Shown piece after piece: positions 51,080 to 64,000 of a stretch of DNA of 64,000 bases. The stretch's first letter is position 1, and the number at the start of each line of letters is the position of its first letter. Position numbers and translations under genes: made by a program. Location: the NCBI RefSeq assembly GCF_006345805.1, contig NC_042998.1, positions 204,848,001-204,912,000 on the forward strand. The letters run 5' to 3'. The DNA is from Octopus sinensis (Eukaryota). A model generated the notes under the pieces. That model was not told where the DNA came from. It did no database searches and worked only from the letters and a program-made list of their open reading frames with translations.

Positions 51080-51327
51080 TAGAAATAGCAGCTAAATCTC
51101 CCTCAAATTACATTCCACTGTCTTGGGAAAAGGGAAGGACACATCAAATAATATAATCCCATTATGTCTTTAGAAAGATGTTGCCCCTAAAAAAAGACAG
51201 GATAGTCATGGCTGGAATGGCTTTGATCATAAGTCATGCTCAAGTAAAGTACAAGATAAGAACGTGAATAGAACATTCTAAATGCTAAAGGGGTTCGGTT
51301 TGAGGAAAATTTAGCTGCTATTATTAG
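51080..51327. repeat. Dispersed 'TAGAAATAGCAGC' family, here as an inverted pair
   Basis: TAGAAATAGCAGCTAAATCTCCCTCAAA ... TTTGAGGAAAATTTAGCTGCTATTATTAG; related copies near 2945, 9370, 9700-9800, 10155, 11530, 18190, 53540, 58500, 62030. Confidence 0.6.
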
Positions 51328-52743
51328 TAGTCTGAGGAACCATATATAAGCCCCTTTCCCCCACCCTCACCCTCACCCTGGTGTATATATCTTCTCTTTT
51401 ATGGAACACAAGTGAGAACTTAGTACTGACCCCTAGGGATTAACTAAATGTAGGGATATCTATCTAATACTAACAGAGAGGGAAACCTAATACAGGGGGA
51501 AACTAATACTAACAGACCCTAAAGAGCCCCACGCCTTTCATAATACTAACAACCCCTTCTAAGAACTTGAGAGCTGCTGCAACAGGGACTACTGCAATGG
51601 GCGGGGGGGGGGGATAATTTAGACATTCAGGAAGTCTGCTGTATCTCACAATAGACATATATACACCCAGCCCTGACACATTAGGGTACCATAACCCCCA
51701 CCCAAACCATTCTCTACATCACCCAGTTAACAGAAGTAAAGGGTTGAATTTCCCCCCTTCCCCTTGGAACCATAAATATTCAAGCCACTTTCCATAGATA
51801 CACACAGCCACAGCTATATATATGTGTGTGAGTATATATATATATATATATATTTATATACTAACACACACACACACATACACTCACTCATGCCATAACT
51901 ACATATATGTGTGTGTGTGTGTGTGTGTATATCTATATATATACTCACATAAATCCATACACAAAATTACAGCCACATAAACAACCACACACACACACAC
52001 ACACAAACTTACAGCCCCTTAAAAATAGTTCCCAACACAAAAGGGCTTTACAAACTTTTGTGTACCCCCCCTCCGCCTTCCTACCGCACCATCCATCTAT
52101 TTCCTTTTCCTTTCTATCCTCCTCCTCCTCATCATTTATCAAACAATTTACCCTTGACTTTTACAGCCATCTTCCCCTCTTTTACAAACTAAAGTCTACA
52201 CAAGAGATAATGGAGGAGGTGGGGGTAAATATAAGTCATCATCATCATCATCGTTTAACGGCTGCTTTCCTTGCTGGCATGGGTTGGACGGTTTGACTGA
52301 GGACGGGGGGGGGGGGGGACCCAGATGGCTGCAAATCTACAATATTTTATTTCTCTTCCAACCCAACAATTATGATTACCACCAACACCCACCCCCACAC
52401 ACACCCAATTACCTCTACTCTTACCACCACCTCTACAACTCATCTGACACAAGATTTATGTTAAAAGTTTCTCTGTCAACAAGACATCAACTTGTTTAAA
52501 TATCATCAGCAGTAATTTATTAATTAGCACCACTGGTAATTAACAGCTAATTGTCGTATTACTGATAATAATCATTGGTAGCAGAGTACATTTACCATTG
52601 CTCCCCACCCCTATCAGCCCCCCCCTCTCACAGCTAACTCCATGAGCCATCACCATGTAGCAGTGCCCCATCTCCTGGGTAACAGCATTGACAGGCCAAG
52701 GCCAGCTAAACAAGGAAAAGTCAATGAGTTTCGGAGTCTTTAA

Positions 52744-52950
52744 CTCTTTAGCATTTAGACAGGCCACATCCAGCCCAAATGTTCCGATTCAGGTTCAAAC
52801 TGGCCGGATCTGGCCTTTTACGCCCACCCTACAAAGTCATTCTAAAAAATAAGCAGTCACATGACTGAAACTGTGGAGCTACAAGCTAATGCATGATTCC
52901 TTCAAAACAATGTGAATGCATTTGATGAGAGTAATCTGAATGCTAAAGAG
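52744..52950. mobile_element. piggyBac-like MITE (TTAA target)
   Basis: TTAA|CTCTTTAGCATT...AATGCTAAAGAG|TTAA; related diverged copies at about 48906-49090 and 58834-59051. Confidence 0.8.
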
Positions 52951-53749
52951 TTAAAGGTTTGTGTCCCCTAAACACGTGAAGTCTGGGTTTCCAGTGGACT
53001 TCCAGGAATGGTGCGGTGGGGAACCCCACCCCCACCACTCTGCCAGAGTTTCGTCATGTTCACTTACTTGGTGATGCCACAAGTTCCAGTACCACCCAAG
53101 AAGCACCCGGTACCCTCTGTAAAGTAGTTGGCATTAGGAAGGGCATCCAGCTGTAGAAACCTTGCCAGAACAGAACATGGAATCTGGTGCAGTTCTCTGG
53201 CAGAATGAAAGATGGCTGGTAAATGATGATGATGATGATGATGATGATGTGGAGGAGAGCCAACCACCAGGGGCTATGTTTCAAGACAAGGCAAGGAACA
53301 TTACCCAGCATATGCCTTTGTGAGACAGGTACTTCACAGAATGGTGAGGTACATAGAGAACCCTGGTCATTCTCTCTGAGGTACCTGCACTCATCTCAGT
53401 CCAGGAAGCAAAGAGAAAGAGAGTGAGGATGCCAATAAAGCAATAAATGTAAGAACCAATAAATAAATGAATGGAATGAATGCTGGTGGTGTTCCATTAG
53501 GACTACATTGTCCAATGTCCTTCCTTTTCTGAAAAAAAGAAGGGATTTGATGCTATTTCTAGCAGATTGAGCACTCACAGAGACCCCCTCATTAACAATG
53601 GCAGTGGAAATAACAGCACCACGAGGAAGCTGACGAAAAACATAAATCAGCATTACTGACAGCATTCCCATTGATGGTTTGTACAGCTCTCACCAACCAC
53701 TCATCTATCTCTAGCTTCTGCACTGACCACTGGATAAGGGAGCAGGGGA

Positions 53750-54050
53750 CTCTGTTAAAGGTTTCCCCATACCAACAAAAGGTAGAGGGTTTTATTTTTG
53801 GTTAGATATTTCTCTTGCAATTGCCAAACTAGGAATACAGCATTAGTTGTGCTCCTGCCGGACACAAATCCGAACTGCATCTCATCTACACTAATTCTCT
53901 CCCTAATTAATTGAGCTATAACCCTTTCTGTGACTTTCATCACCTGGTCCCGTAGTTTGATGCCTCTGTAATTATTCCTGTCTAAGGCATCACCTTTACC
54001 TTTATAGCAATCCCGGAGTATGACTCCCTCGTGGACAACCTGATTAACAA
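53750..54050 (-). mobile_element. RTE-type LINE reverse-transcriptase fragment
   Basis: ...KGKGDALDRNNYRGIKL...VMKVTERVIAQLIRERISVDEMQFGFVSGRSTTNAVFLVWQLQEKYLTKNK. Confidence 0.85.
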
Positions 54051-57000
54051 TATGAAATAAATGGGGATTTCTGGTTAAGGTAGAGGGCCATGAATTTTAA
54101 GTGTAGAGGGAGCTGCAGAATTACATCAACCCCCAGCAGTTTACTGGTATCTTACCTTGGTGAGATAAAATACAAGTTAATCTCAACAGGATTTGAACTC
54201 AGAACATAAAGGGCCTGCCTGCACAGATATTTCAAATAGGCGTGAATGCATGACCCCCTTGGACAAGTGTTTTCTACTATGACCTCGGGCTCACAAATGC
54301 CTTCTGAGTGGATTTGGTAGGCAGAAACTGAAAGAAGCTTATCATGTGTGTGTGTGTGCATGTGTGTTTTTGTCTGTGTTTGTCCCCCACTGCCACTTGA
54401 TAACTGGTGTTGGTTTGTTTATATCCTTTAACTTAGAAGTTCAGCAAAAGAGATCAATAGAATAAGTACCAGGCTTGAAAAAAGAAAAATAAGTCCTGGG
54501 GCCAATTCCTCAAGGCAGTGCCCCAGCATGGCCGCAGTCTAATGACTGAAACAAGTCAAAAGATAAACCATTTTGACCGATGCTGAACCACTTCTACCAA
54601 CCAATCCAGCTCCCTCGTCATAACAACAACCCCCACCCCATCCTTTCGTCGGGTCGTCATCGTTAAGTACTTAAAGTATCTGAAAATGTCTTGATTCCAC
54701 TTGAGATATTTTCTCACAAGAACTTGCAACACAACCCATGACTCACCAATATCATTCTGCAGCGGCATTTTTTTTCGCAGTTTGTTTGTTTTTCTTTCTT
54801 TTACTCAAAGAAAAGTCATCTTCCCTGCATGACACATTTGCTAATTTTAGTCGCCACAACAAACCCCACCCCACCCGGAATTTGAAAGATGTTTACCCCA
54901 GAAAACAAATTCTTTTCTGACAAACTCTCCAAAATATGGAATGTAACATCTGAGTGTATATTCAACGCAAGCTAAGAAATAGCTGAGGGACAAACAGAGC
55001 TGCAAAAAAGTTTTACAGTAACCACAGGAAAATCAGTAACGTTCCATGAAAATAGAATACCACCCCCACCCCCACTACCCCCTCTTCCTCCTCTTATATA
55101 TTGGGATAATAAAAATTTCAATGGAATGGTCAGTTGTGACACTTGTAATGTGTTCAGAGTTTAGTTTTAAGTGAGATTTAATTCTACAAAGTCTAACATG
55201 TGAAAGAAGACCCGGAAGGAATGGCCAGATGTCTTTGACTGCAGAGTGGCCCATGTGGAGCTGAAAGAAGGAAGAACTGGAGAGAATGGTCAGATGCTTC
55301 ATGTTTGGGTTTGAAAATACTTTGATGTGCTTGATTCTGATGATCCCCTCTCAAAGATACCCATTTCCTTTCCTTTCTGGATCGGGGATTCACTATAGTT
55401 TCCGCTTTATTGTGACTTCCCCCTCTAACCCCAACACGCACAAAGCAACTCACACACACATATGCACCAACACATGCCAATACACAAACACACACACATA
55501 CACACAATTTTTATCCCGTTCAAGCCATGTGTCATTGTCCAACTTGAGTTCTGTATGTGACTCCATCTTCAGCAAGTGGCACCATTCCTCTATGGCATGA
55601 TACTGAAGTGTGGCTGTGGTTTGAAGAGGAAGTCACATGCAGAAATTCCCAGTTAATGCCAGATCTACAACAATTCTACACTACCATGACATGGCTCCCA
55701 TCTCTCTTCCAGTCCATGTTACAATCAAAGACCAACGGACAATTCTACAAGACAAAAGAAGGCAGCAGAATAAGACGCTAATGAGATTGCCAGAAAATTA
55801 CAACAGCTCGTTAAGATAATGAGTTGTCTCCACTGTAATTATCTAATATTGTTCTGAACGATTCCTTTTGTTTTTCACACCAAATATATTGGTGGTGGTG
55901 GTCAGTGTATTTGGAATGGAATTGGTAGAGATAGAAGTCAATGACAATGATTTAACACATCACGTATCAAAATGTGGTCAAGTAATAAAGTGGGGGGGAG
56001 GGGCAGCTGTTTAATGCTGGCCAGGCTGTCGACCCTGTTTACAGGGGGTTATTGGGGTTGACGATGATGATGTTAAGAATAGTGATGATGATGATGATGA
56101 GAAGGAAGAGGAATTTTTTCAAGCTGAAACACCATCTCAGAAACTAAGGAGAATGAGAAATCAATCAATTAGAACCCCAGTATATGACTGGTAAACTATT
56201 TTATCTTCTGGTTAAAAAAAAAAGCCAATAAGAACCCAGTACGCAACTGGTACCTTAATTTTATCAACCTCAGAAAGATCAAAGACAAAGTTGACCTTGA
56301 TGGAATAATAATAATAATAATAATAATTAATTAATATTAGGAATTCTTAATTTGGGTTTAAAATTGGGGGAGGGTAAATTGATCACATTGACCCCAGCAC
56401 TTAACTGGTACTTTATTGACCCCAGAACAAGTTGACTTCAGTGGGATTTGAACCCAGAACATAAAGCTGCAAGAAATGCTGTTAAGCATTTTGTCCAGCA
56501 TGCTCACTGCCTTAAGAAGAAGAACAACAATGATAACAATAACCCTTTCTACTATAGGCACATGGCCTGAAATTTGGGGGCCAGGGGTGGCTAGTCAATT
56601 ACATCAGCCCCAGGGTTCCATTGGTACTTATTTCATCGACCCTGAAAGAGTGAAAGCCAAAGACAAACCTCGGCAGGATTTGAACTCAGAACGTAAAGAC
56701 TGATGAAATGCTGCTAAGCATCTTGCTTGGCGTTGGTAACGTGTCTGCCAACTTGCCATCTTAATAATAATAATTAATAAATAAATAAATTAAATACATG
56801 ATGATGATGATGAAGAAGAACTGTCTTAAAATAACATTTTATATATCAAGTGGAAGTTAGGCAACTGTTAACAAAGGTTGTGATTATTAATGTAGGAACC
56901 CAGCTCTGACTGTTATTAATGGAAGTGTGCGTGTGTGTGTGGGGGGGGGGTAAAGCAATGTGTGTATGTGTGTGAACAGGGGAGAGAGAGAGAGATGATA

Positions 57001-59836
57001 ATGTCCCTGACGACGACAAAAAAATGTGTTAAAGTAGGAAATGGTAAGGATGTTATTATAAAAAAAATCACAAAAAAGTGAATGTTTTAAATGGTGCTTT
57101 TTTGGTAGGTTCCGAGAGGTCGTCTTTTAAGGGTAATTGGCCAGGAATTAGTTGTGACCTTTCATTTAGTCTTTGAATTGTTGGTCAGATTCTGTCAGAT
57201 GAAAAAAGATGAGTTAATTACACAAGTTAGTGTGACTTTCTTTTGAAATAAGGAAAACTGGAGAAGCTAAAGAATGGCTGTGTTGGCAGCAAATGATATT
57301 AAAGTGTGTGTGTGGGGGGGGGGGGGGCAAATGATATTCTCTTCTTGCCACTGTGAAATATAAAGATGAGCAAGTGCAGAGATACAGTTGAAAGAAATGG
57401 AAACAATGGACTCCCAACACCAGGAAGGACGTACTTTTGTAAACCTTTTTTTGTTCTTGGTAGAATATTATGGTTGCAAAACGAAATCCAAAGTCCCTGC
57501 CAGCAATTAATATGTAGACCTTGGCTGATGCTGGGGTTACGTTACTGGCACCCATGCCAGTGGCACATACAGGCACCTTTCAAGCGTTGGGCCTCATGAA
57601 GGCAAAGTGGCTGAGCTTCTTTGAGTGTTGGGCCTCACGGAAGCAAGGACCAGGACTTTTGGCATTATGTCAGGCTTGAGAAGAAGAAGACCCATCAAGC
57701 CAAGCAAAATTGCAATCATGGCAGATACTGGAGTCTGATGCAACCTTCCAGCTTGCTAGCCCTGGTCAAACTGTTTAACCCATGCCAGCATGGACAACAG
57801 ACATTAAATGATGATGATGATAGCAGTGGCCAGAAATATGCTTTGATATGTGAATTCGTCAATCCAGTAGTGTTACACTACTAAATATTAGTGGTCATTT
57901 AAGTAATGTATTTGTGGATAGTTAATGGGAAGGATGTCATACTGAAGAAAGAATAAGAATTCCTGAAATATGCATATACACTCATTACCTGTTTTCTCTT
58001 ATCTTTGATTGTATTGTTTACATACATATATTCATTTACAAAATGTCATAACTTTCAGGGCTGGCTCTAATTTCTATAGAAAACTTGCAATGATACACTT
58101 AAAAAAAAGATCCCTTGTTTGGAAAACAGGTAAGGATTAGTGACAGGAAGAGCATCAGGCTGTAAACTCCTGCCCCTAAATCAATTCCCATCCAAGACAT
58201 GTTAGCACAGAAAAGTGGGTCAGTAAACAAACAAATCACATGAGTGAAGTGAGTTCCCCTTAAAGTGGTGTGGCTTCCTCTCCCAGATGAAGCTATTTAC
58301 ATCACTTAACATGATTTAACTTGACTGAAAAAGGCATGACTACCACACCCGCTGTAGTCTTTGTTGATTAAGCTGAGGTCAGCCTTGATTGAGCTGACAT
58401 ATGACTGAAGATGTTCCAGTCATAACAACTTTTCCCCCAGCCATAGTCTACCTAGAAGTACAATATTCAATGTCTTTCTTTTTAAGATGATAGAAGAGAG
58501 ATAGGTTGTTATTTCTAGCTGACTGAGTGACCATGCAGGGGTTTCCTTATTTTCTCAATAAACTTGTTGTTTTAGGAAAAAGAAAAGAAACCAGAGGGGT
58601 TTTGTTGTTTTGTTTTTAAGGACTTGTTTTAATTATGAAAGGTAGTTTTTGTAGGGTTTTTCAAAGTTAGTGGAGGAGAGGGTGGAAGAAAGTGCAATCT
58701 AAGAATTACTGCAGTTGGAAGCAGTGGCCCAAGATATTGGATTATTCTCAGAGAAATTGAAAACCAGGTCTGAATGTTTTTAAGACAGTATACTCTGCTA
58801 GAGGCACCGAGGCCCAGGCATTGATCATGTTAATCCTTCAGCATTTGGGTTTCTCTGTCAAATGTGAAGCTTATTTATTTACATAAGTTTTTAATTAATT
58901 ATACATTACCTCATAGCTTTCAAATTTCAATGTGTTTGTATATTTTTAGAATGACATTGCAGGGTAGGCGTAAGAAGCTAGATCCAGCCAGTTTGGTCAT
59001 AAAACAAATAAAGTATTTGGGCCAGATATGGCCAGTTTAAACGTTAAAAGCTTAAACTAGGTAACATGAAACCTGGTGTGCATTCTAGTCATGTCTGAAA
59101 CAAACTCAACTAAATCTTTCATTCCTCTAAGAGAGCAGAACTACCAATATTTGGTCCCAGGAATTAAATTGTGGAAACTAGTTCTGCCCCTAAATCTTAA
59201 CAGAAGTTTAACATGGTCTCCCCTTATTGTTATGACAGAAATATCGTATTTAACAAGGTTATTTTTAACTATTATTCATCATGTGTTGATAATAATCTTG
59301 GATAATTTGAAATGTAGAGTTTCTATTTGCTTTTTAAAATGGTTTTGTATTTCATTTGATGTATTTATTTAGAACATACAAAACTAGCAAAGAAACTGAC
59401 TGCATTCACAGGTTATAAATAAACCAGCATTTCATGAAAGGCTCCATTATTTTGAAGTAGTGATGCAAATCTAAACTCGCTAAATAAATAAATTACACAG
59501 AGATTTTAATTAAACTCCTCCACAATCTTGGCTCCCTTCAATGCAGTTTATTGTTAAGACTAAATACATTAAATTGAATTTATTGAGATTATTTTTTCTT
59601 CAGTGTTTATTCCAGTTCCTTCCACTATGTCACCAGAAGAGGGTTTTGCTTTTTCTTTTTTTCTTTACTTGCTGGGTTTTTGGAGGAAGGGGCAGAGCCC
59701 ATGGCCCTTGAAGGCCATTTACATGATTCACTCACTTAAATGTTCCAAGGACTGCATCCAGCTCCAGTGTCTGTCTTGACATGGTTTCTATGCCAACCAC
59801 TTTACAGTGTGTACTGGATGCTTTTTTTGTGCCACC

Positions 59837-59872
<36 letters not shown>

Positions 59873-60129
59873 GGTTTTGTGTTTTCAATTTGACCAAACT
59901 AATACACTCCCTATTTCTAGGTCAGTTTAAACACAAACCTTGAAGAATCTGCTACATTCTATATGAATTCCCTACTGGTAAGGACCAACTTTAAGAGAAT
60001 CTTACATTGCTTATAAACTTTACATCTGGATGGACTCATATTAAACCCTGTTGGACTTTTGGATTTTACTCAAAGGATATTGGAATAATACACATATATA
60101 CCATTATGCCTATAAAACAGATTTATGAA

Positions 60130-60345
60130 CTCAATACCCATACATATCTTACATCTATTTTCTTTCCTCCACCTCACTCTCTATTTATATCACATCGAAA
60201 CTAACTATGACTTAACTTTTCCTCTCGCATCATCTCCGATGAAGGGATATTATTAATTAATATCTTAGAAACAGCTGTAAGACCTATCTATAAATGTTCT
60301 AATATCTACACAGCCTTGGCTTTTTTATCTCATTACACAAAAAAT
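60130..60345 (+). mobile_element. Family F fragment, copy 2
   Basis: Homologous to 14470-14685 with the same core, stem III and cleavage triplet; ends in (TA)n. Confidence 0.6.
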
Positions 60346-62429
60346 TCATATATATATATATATATATATGATGGGCTTCTTTCAGTTTCCATCTACCAAA
60401 TCCACTCACAAGGCTTTGGTTGGCCTATAAAAGAAGACACTTGTCCAAGGTGCCACACAGTGGAACTGAACTTGAAACCTCGTGGTTAGGAAGTAAACAT
60501 CCTCCCACACAGCCATGCTTATATCCCATGCCTGACTCACATTAATGTTTTGTCTTTTGTGGGTGTACCGTAGCCATTAACGGAAAAGCAACCCAGAGGT
60601 CAATGTTAGCAGAGATAATGTTGCAAGTTGAAAACCTAACCCTACCAGAATCCTGTCAGAAAATAAAAAAAAATAAAAAGCAGATAGCATTTGTGCAGTG
60701 TTGAGGAGAAGAATTCTTATGCTGCAGATAAGACCCTTCTTAGAGAAAGACACACACCATATTTTCTTTTTCTAAAAGGAAAAAAAAAAAAAACTGGATA
60801 GAAATGTTTTTCCGCCTGACACAGAACAGTAGTCCGTCAGAGAGATTAGTAATCATGGCTGTAATTTTAGTGCCTAAACATAGTAAGCCGTTCTCATATT
60901 TAGCACCAATTTGTTCCACTGGAATAAAAGAAACTGTCTGATATAAAAATGGCAGCAGATGTTTTTTGTAACTAAAACTGTAGAGAGACAGAAGTGGAAG
61001 GCGTAAAGACGGCAATAAAGACACAGGAGGAAACCATTCCAGTTGTTCAGTTTATTATGAGAGGGGGGGGTGTTATGCCGTCACGATGTCTAGTAGGGTG
61101 CAACGCTTCATTACAGAGGATAATATCTATCGTTTATTGTAACGCATTGATAGGTTCTGGCAGATTCAAATGTGTGATAAGCTGATCACTGTTGTATTTC
61201 CTCATCAGAGAATACGTCCAGCCTTTGGATGCTGGGTGCTCAGAAGACACACAATGCATCAATTCACAACCCTCAGATACTCACGTTTGAATTTGTCAGA
61301 ATATATGAAGAATGAGCAGAAATTGTTTGGTGTCTTACTTTCCTTCGTGCACCACCTCATGACATACTTCTGTTCCCAGGCAAGGAATGGCCAGACATGT
61401 TCTTCGTGAAACACTAAAAACTGATGACACTGCTTGTATGAGAGTGATGCTTGTTTACAACCCTCAGATGATGTTAAGACAAGGCTATACACACACACAT
61501 ATATATATATGTAATGTGCTTCCATACAGTTGTGCCAGCCAAATTCACTTATAAGGTAATGGTTGACCCAAAAGCTATTGCAAAAAAAAAAAACATACCA
61601 AAGGTGCCATATAGTGGGACTGAACCTGGAACCATGTGGTTGGGAAGCAAGCTTCTTTATCTCAGTCATTGTTGCATATAGAATGAGTCATTGAGATTGA
61701 AGTGTGTCAGGGCCACAGAGAAGGGAGACCAAACTGAAATCCTAGAAGCTTCACACAGTGAAAGGAATGTATTAAATTCCTTGAATTAAATTAAAGAAAC
61801 AGAGAATATCTATAGAAACATCCTGTCATGGTAATTCAATTCTTCTGAGAATTAAAGAACGGCCAAAGAAAGCAGAGAGTGTGAATGGAATCGGTATTTT
61901 ATAGTAAAACCAAAATACTACGGCATTTGTAGTCTTTGACAATTGTGTCTGTTCCATAAGTAAATAGTTTCATCTACAGAAGCAGGATCTTCACGTTTGA
62001 GCCACTGCAAGCCCAGTCTACATGCTAGATATAGCAGCCGAATGTCTCAAAAAAACATAAAGATACATTAGGCAATGAAGTTCTAGTTATCCATAAATGG
62101 GGTGGTCATGGCTTGATCAGTATTGACCTATGGCTAAACAATATTCACATCATCATCATAATTTACTGATAAATCTGAAGATATATTTTACTTGTTTCAT
62201 TCATCAGACTGTGGCCATACTGGGGCACCACTTGAAGAATGTTTAGTCAAATTAACTGACCTCAGTGTATATTTTTCAAGCCTGGTACTTATTCTATCAG
62301 TCTCTTTTGCCAAACTGTTAAGTTAACGGGACATAAACACACCAACACACACACGCCCATCCATATGGGATCCCACATATGTATGTATGTATGTGTATAA
62401 ATATATATATATATATATATATATCCCGG

Positions 62430-62606
62430 AGTATGCACATAAATGTGAAACAAGTTGGAAAAAAGAGTACTCAAATACCAGAGGTAGAGTAACACGCTTT
62501 ATTTAAAAGCAGCAAAAATATAACAAAAGCTGTTACTCAGAGCTTCACGTTCCCGTTTGTCTGAGTAACAGCTTTTGTTATGTTTCTGCTGCTTTTAAAT
62601 AAAGCA
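62430..62606 (-). mobile_element. Family E fragment, copy 2, with terminal inverted duplication
   Basis: Homologous to 29950-30090; 45-bp inverted arms around the ribozyme core; inserted in the microsatellite of a family D SINE. Confidence 0.65.
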
Positions 62607-64000
62607 TATATATGTATGTATGTATGTATATATACATATATATAAATACATGATGATCTTTCCGTTTCTGTCTACCAAATCCACTCTTACAAGGGGCTTT
62701 GGTCATCCCAAAGCTTTACTAGAAGACCCTTGCTCAAGGTGTTACGTGGTGGGACTGAACCCAAAACCAAGTGGTTGGGAAACAAGCTTCTTACCACACA
62801 GCCACAAATATCTAAATACACACACACACATCATCATCATCGTTTAACGTCCGCTTCCATGCTGGCATGGGTTGGACGGTTTGACTGGGGTTTGGGAAGC
62901 CAGAAGGCTGCACCAGGCTCCAGTCTGATCTGGCAGAGTTTCTACAGCTGGATGCCCTTCCTAATGCCAACCACTCCATGAGTGTAGAGGGTGCTTTTTA
63001 CATGCCACCGGCACGGAAGCCAGTGAAAGCGGCGCTGGCATCGGCCACGTTCGAATGGTGCTTTTAATATGCCACCAGCACAGGTATCACAACTACAATT
63101 TCCATTTGATATTTATTTTGATGTTGATGTACTTGACACACACACACACATACACACACACACAGAGTTTGCATGTGTGTATGTATACACACATTTACAT
63201 GCATTATATACATGTATTTGTATGTGTGTGTATGCGTTTTGTTTTTTCCCCTTGAGGGGTCTGGCTAAAAACCCTGAAACAAGAACCAACATCTAAATTT
63301 CTAAATCTATTTTAATCCATTTTATAATCAGGAATAAGTAATATAAACGAGCAAACGAGGTTTCATTAAATGTGGAAAACTGCCAGATCTTCTACAACAG
63401 CTGCAAACATCTTTAAACAATTCCCAACTTCGTTTAACAAACAAACAAAAAAAAAAAAAAAAAAAACCCTACTATTTTGTTTCTTTCTTTATTGTATTTT
63501 TCTCTCTTTTATCCCCAGAATAACTGAAAGCTTTTAAAAAAACCTTAGTATTTCTCTTCAAAATTTTGTCGTTAAATTTAAATTTGGTTATTAAATAGCA
63601 GTTAAAAATGCCTTCGTTTGAAATCCTTAAATAAGTTCTCCCAAAACTGTTTATGTTGCCAGCAGCCCAACACAGAAGCTATTTAGACGATGATAGCTGC
63701 TTGCTGGGCCTTTCCTCTTTCTCAAATATTCCCCTAACCAAAGCTGTGCCAAATTTAGCAGCCCCCTTTTTTCTATGAAAGATACCTCCCTCCCTACAAA
63801 ATATCGCTTAACTTAGATCTGGGTTTGTTCGTACATTCATGAGAATCTCTACAGAACATAATAATAACCCTTAAAAAACACACAGATTTCTCTTTCTTTC
63901 TCTCTTTAGACTGCGACCATGCTGGGGCACCACCTTGAAGAATTTTAGACAAACAAATCGACTCTGTTATTTTTCTTCTTTTAATCTTGATACTTATTCC

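Noticed and set aside
55557-55781. ORF with PLWHDTEVWLWF, faintly like a Gypsy gag N-terminus
   Set aside because: Similarity too weak; no LTRs or pol remnants nearby
61259-61669. 136-aa minus-strand ORF with a GTGAGT donor near 61285, a possible 5' UTR exon
   Set aside because: Partly SINE and microsatellite, no convincing acceptor or homology; cannot be supported without RNA data

Overview
AT-rich animal genomic DNA, saturated with microsatellites and with repeat families I recognise as typical of Octopus (organism inferred, not proven). One gene dominates the window: the 5' part of a PTPN13 (FAP-1/PTP-BL)/FRMPD2-type gene on the minus strand. I reconstructed 21 phase-consistent GT-AG coding exons from an ATG at 48542 down to 1340 (3752 nt, about 1250 codons; KIND domain, Ser-rich linker, FERM domain, first PDZ). 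The gene continues past the left edge, so a phosphatase domain cannot be confirmed. One KIND exon is present twice, inside a 555-bp tandem duplication. Introns and the upstream region hold a decayed full-length DD37E (TRT-like) Tc1 transposon, a maT/DD37D remnant, TA- and TTAA-type MITEs, RTE and Tx1-like LINE fragments, at least three tRNA-headed SINE families plus an abundant (ATG)n-tailed retroelement, and two G-rich minisatellites. The most unusual signal is a set of ribozyme-like motifs in ORF-less repeats: five minimal type-I hammerhead-like loci from three unrelated families (Penelope-like hallmarks), one with an intact core in the sense orientation of a gene intron, plus a degenerate HDV-like pseudoknot at the 5' end of a putative RTE-derived element. 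All calls come from manual reading; nothing was run against databases.
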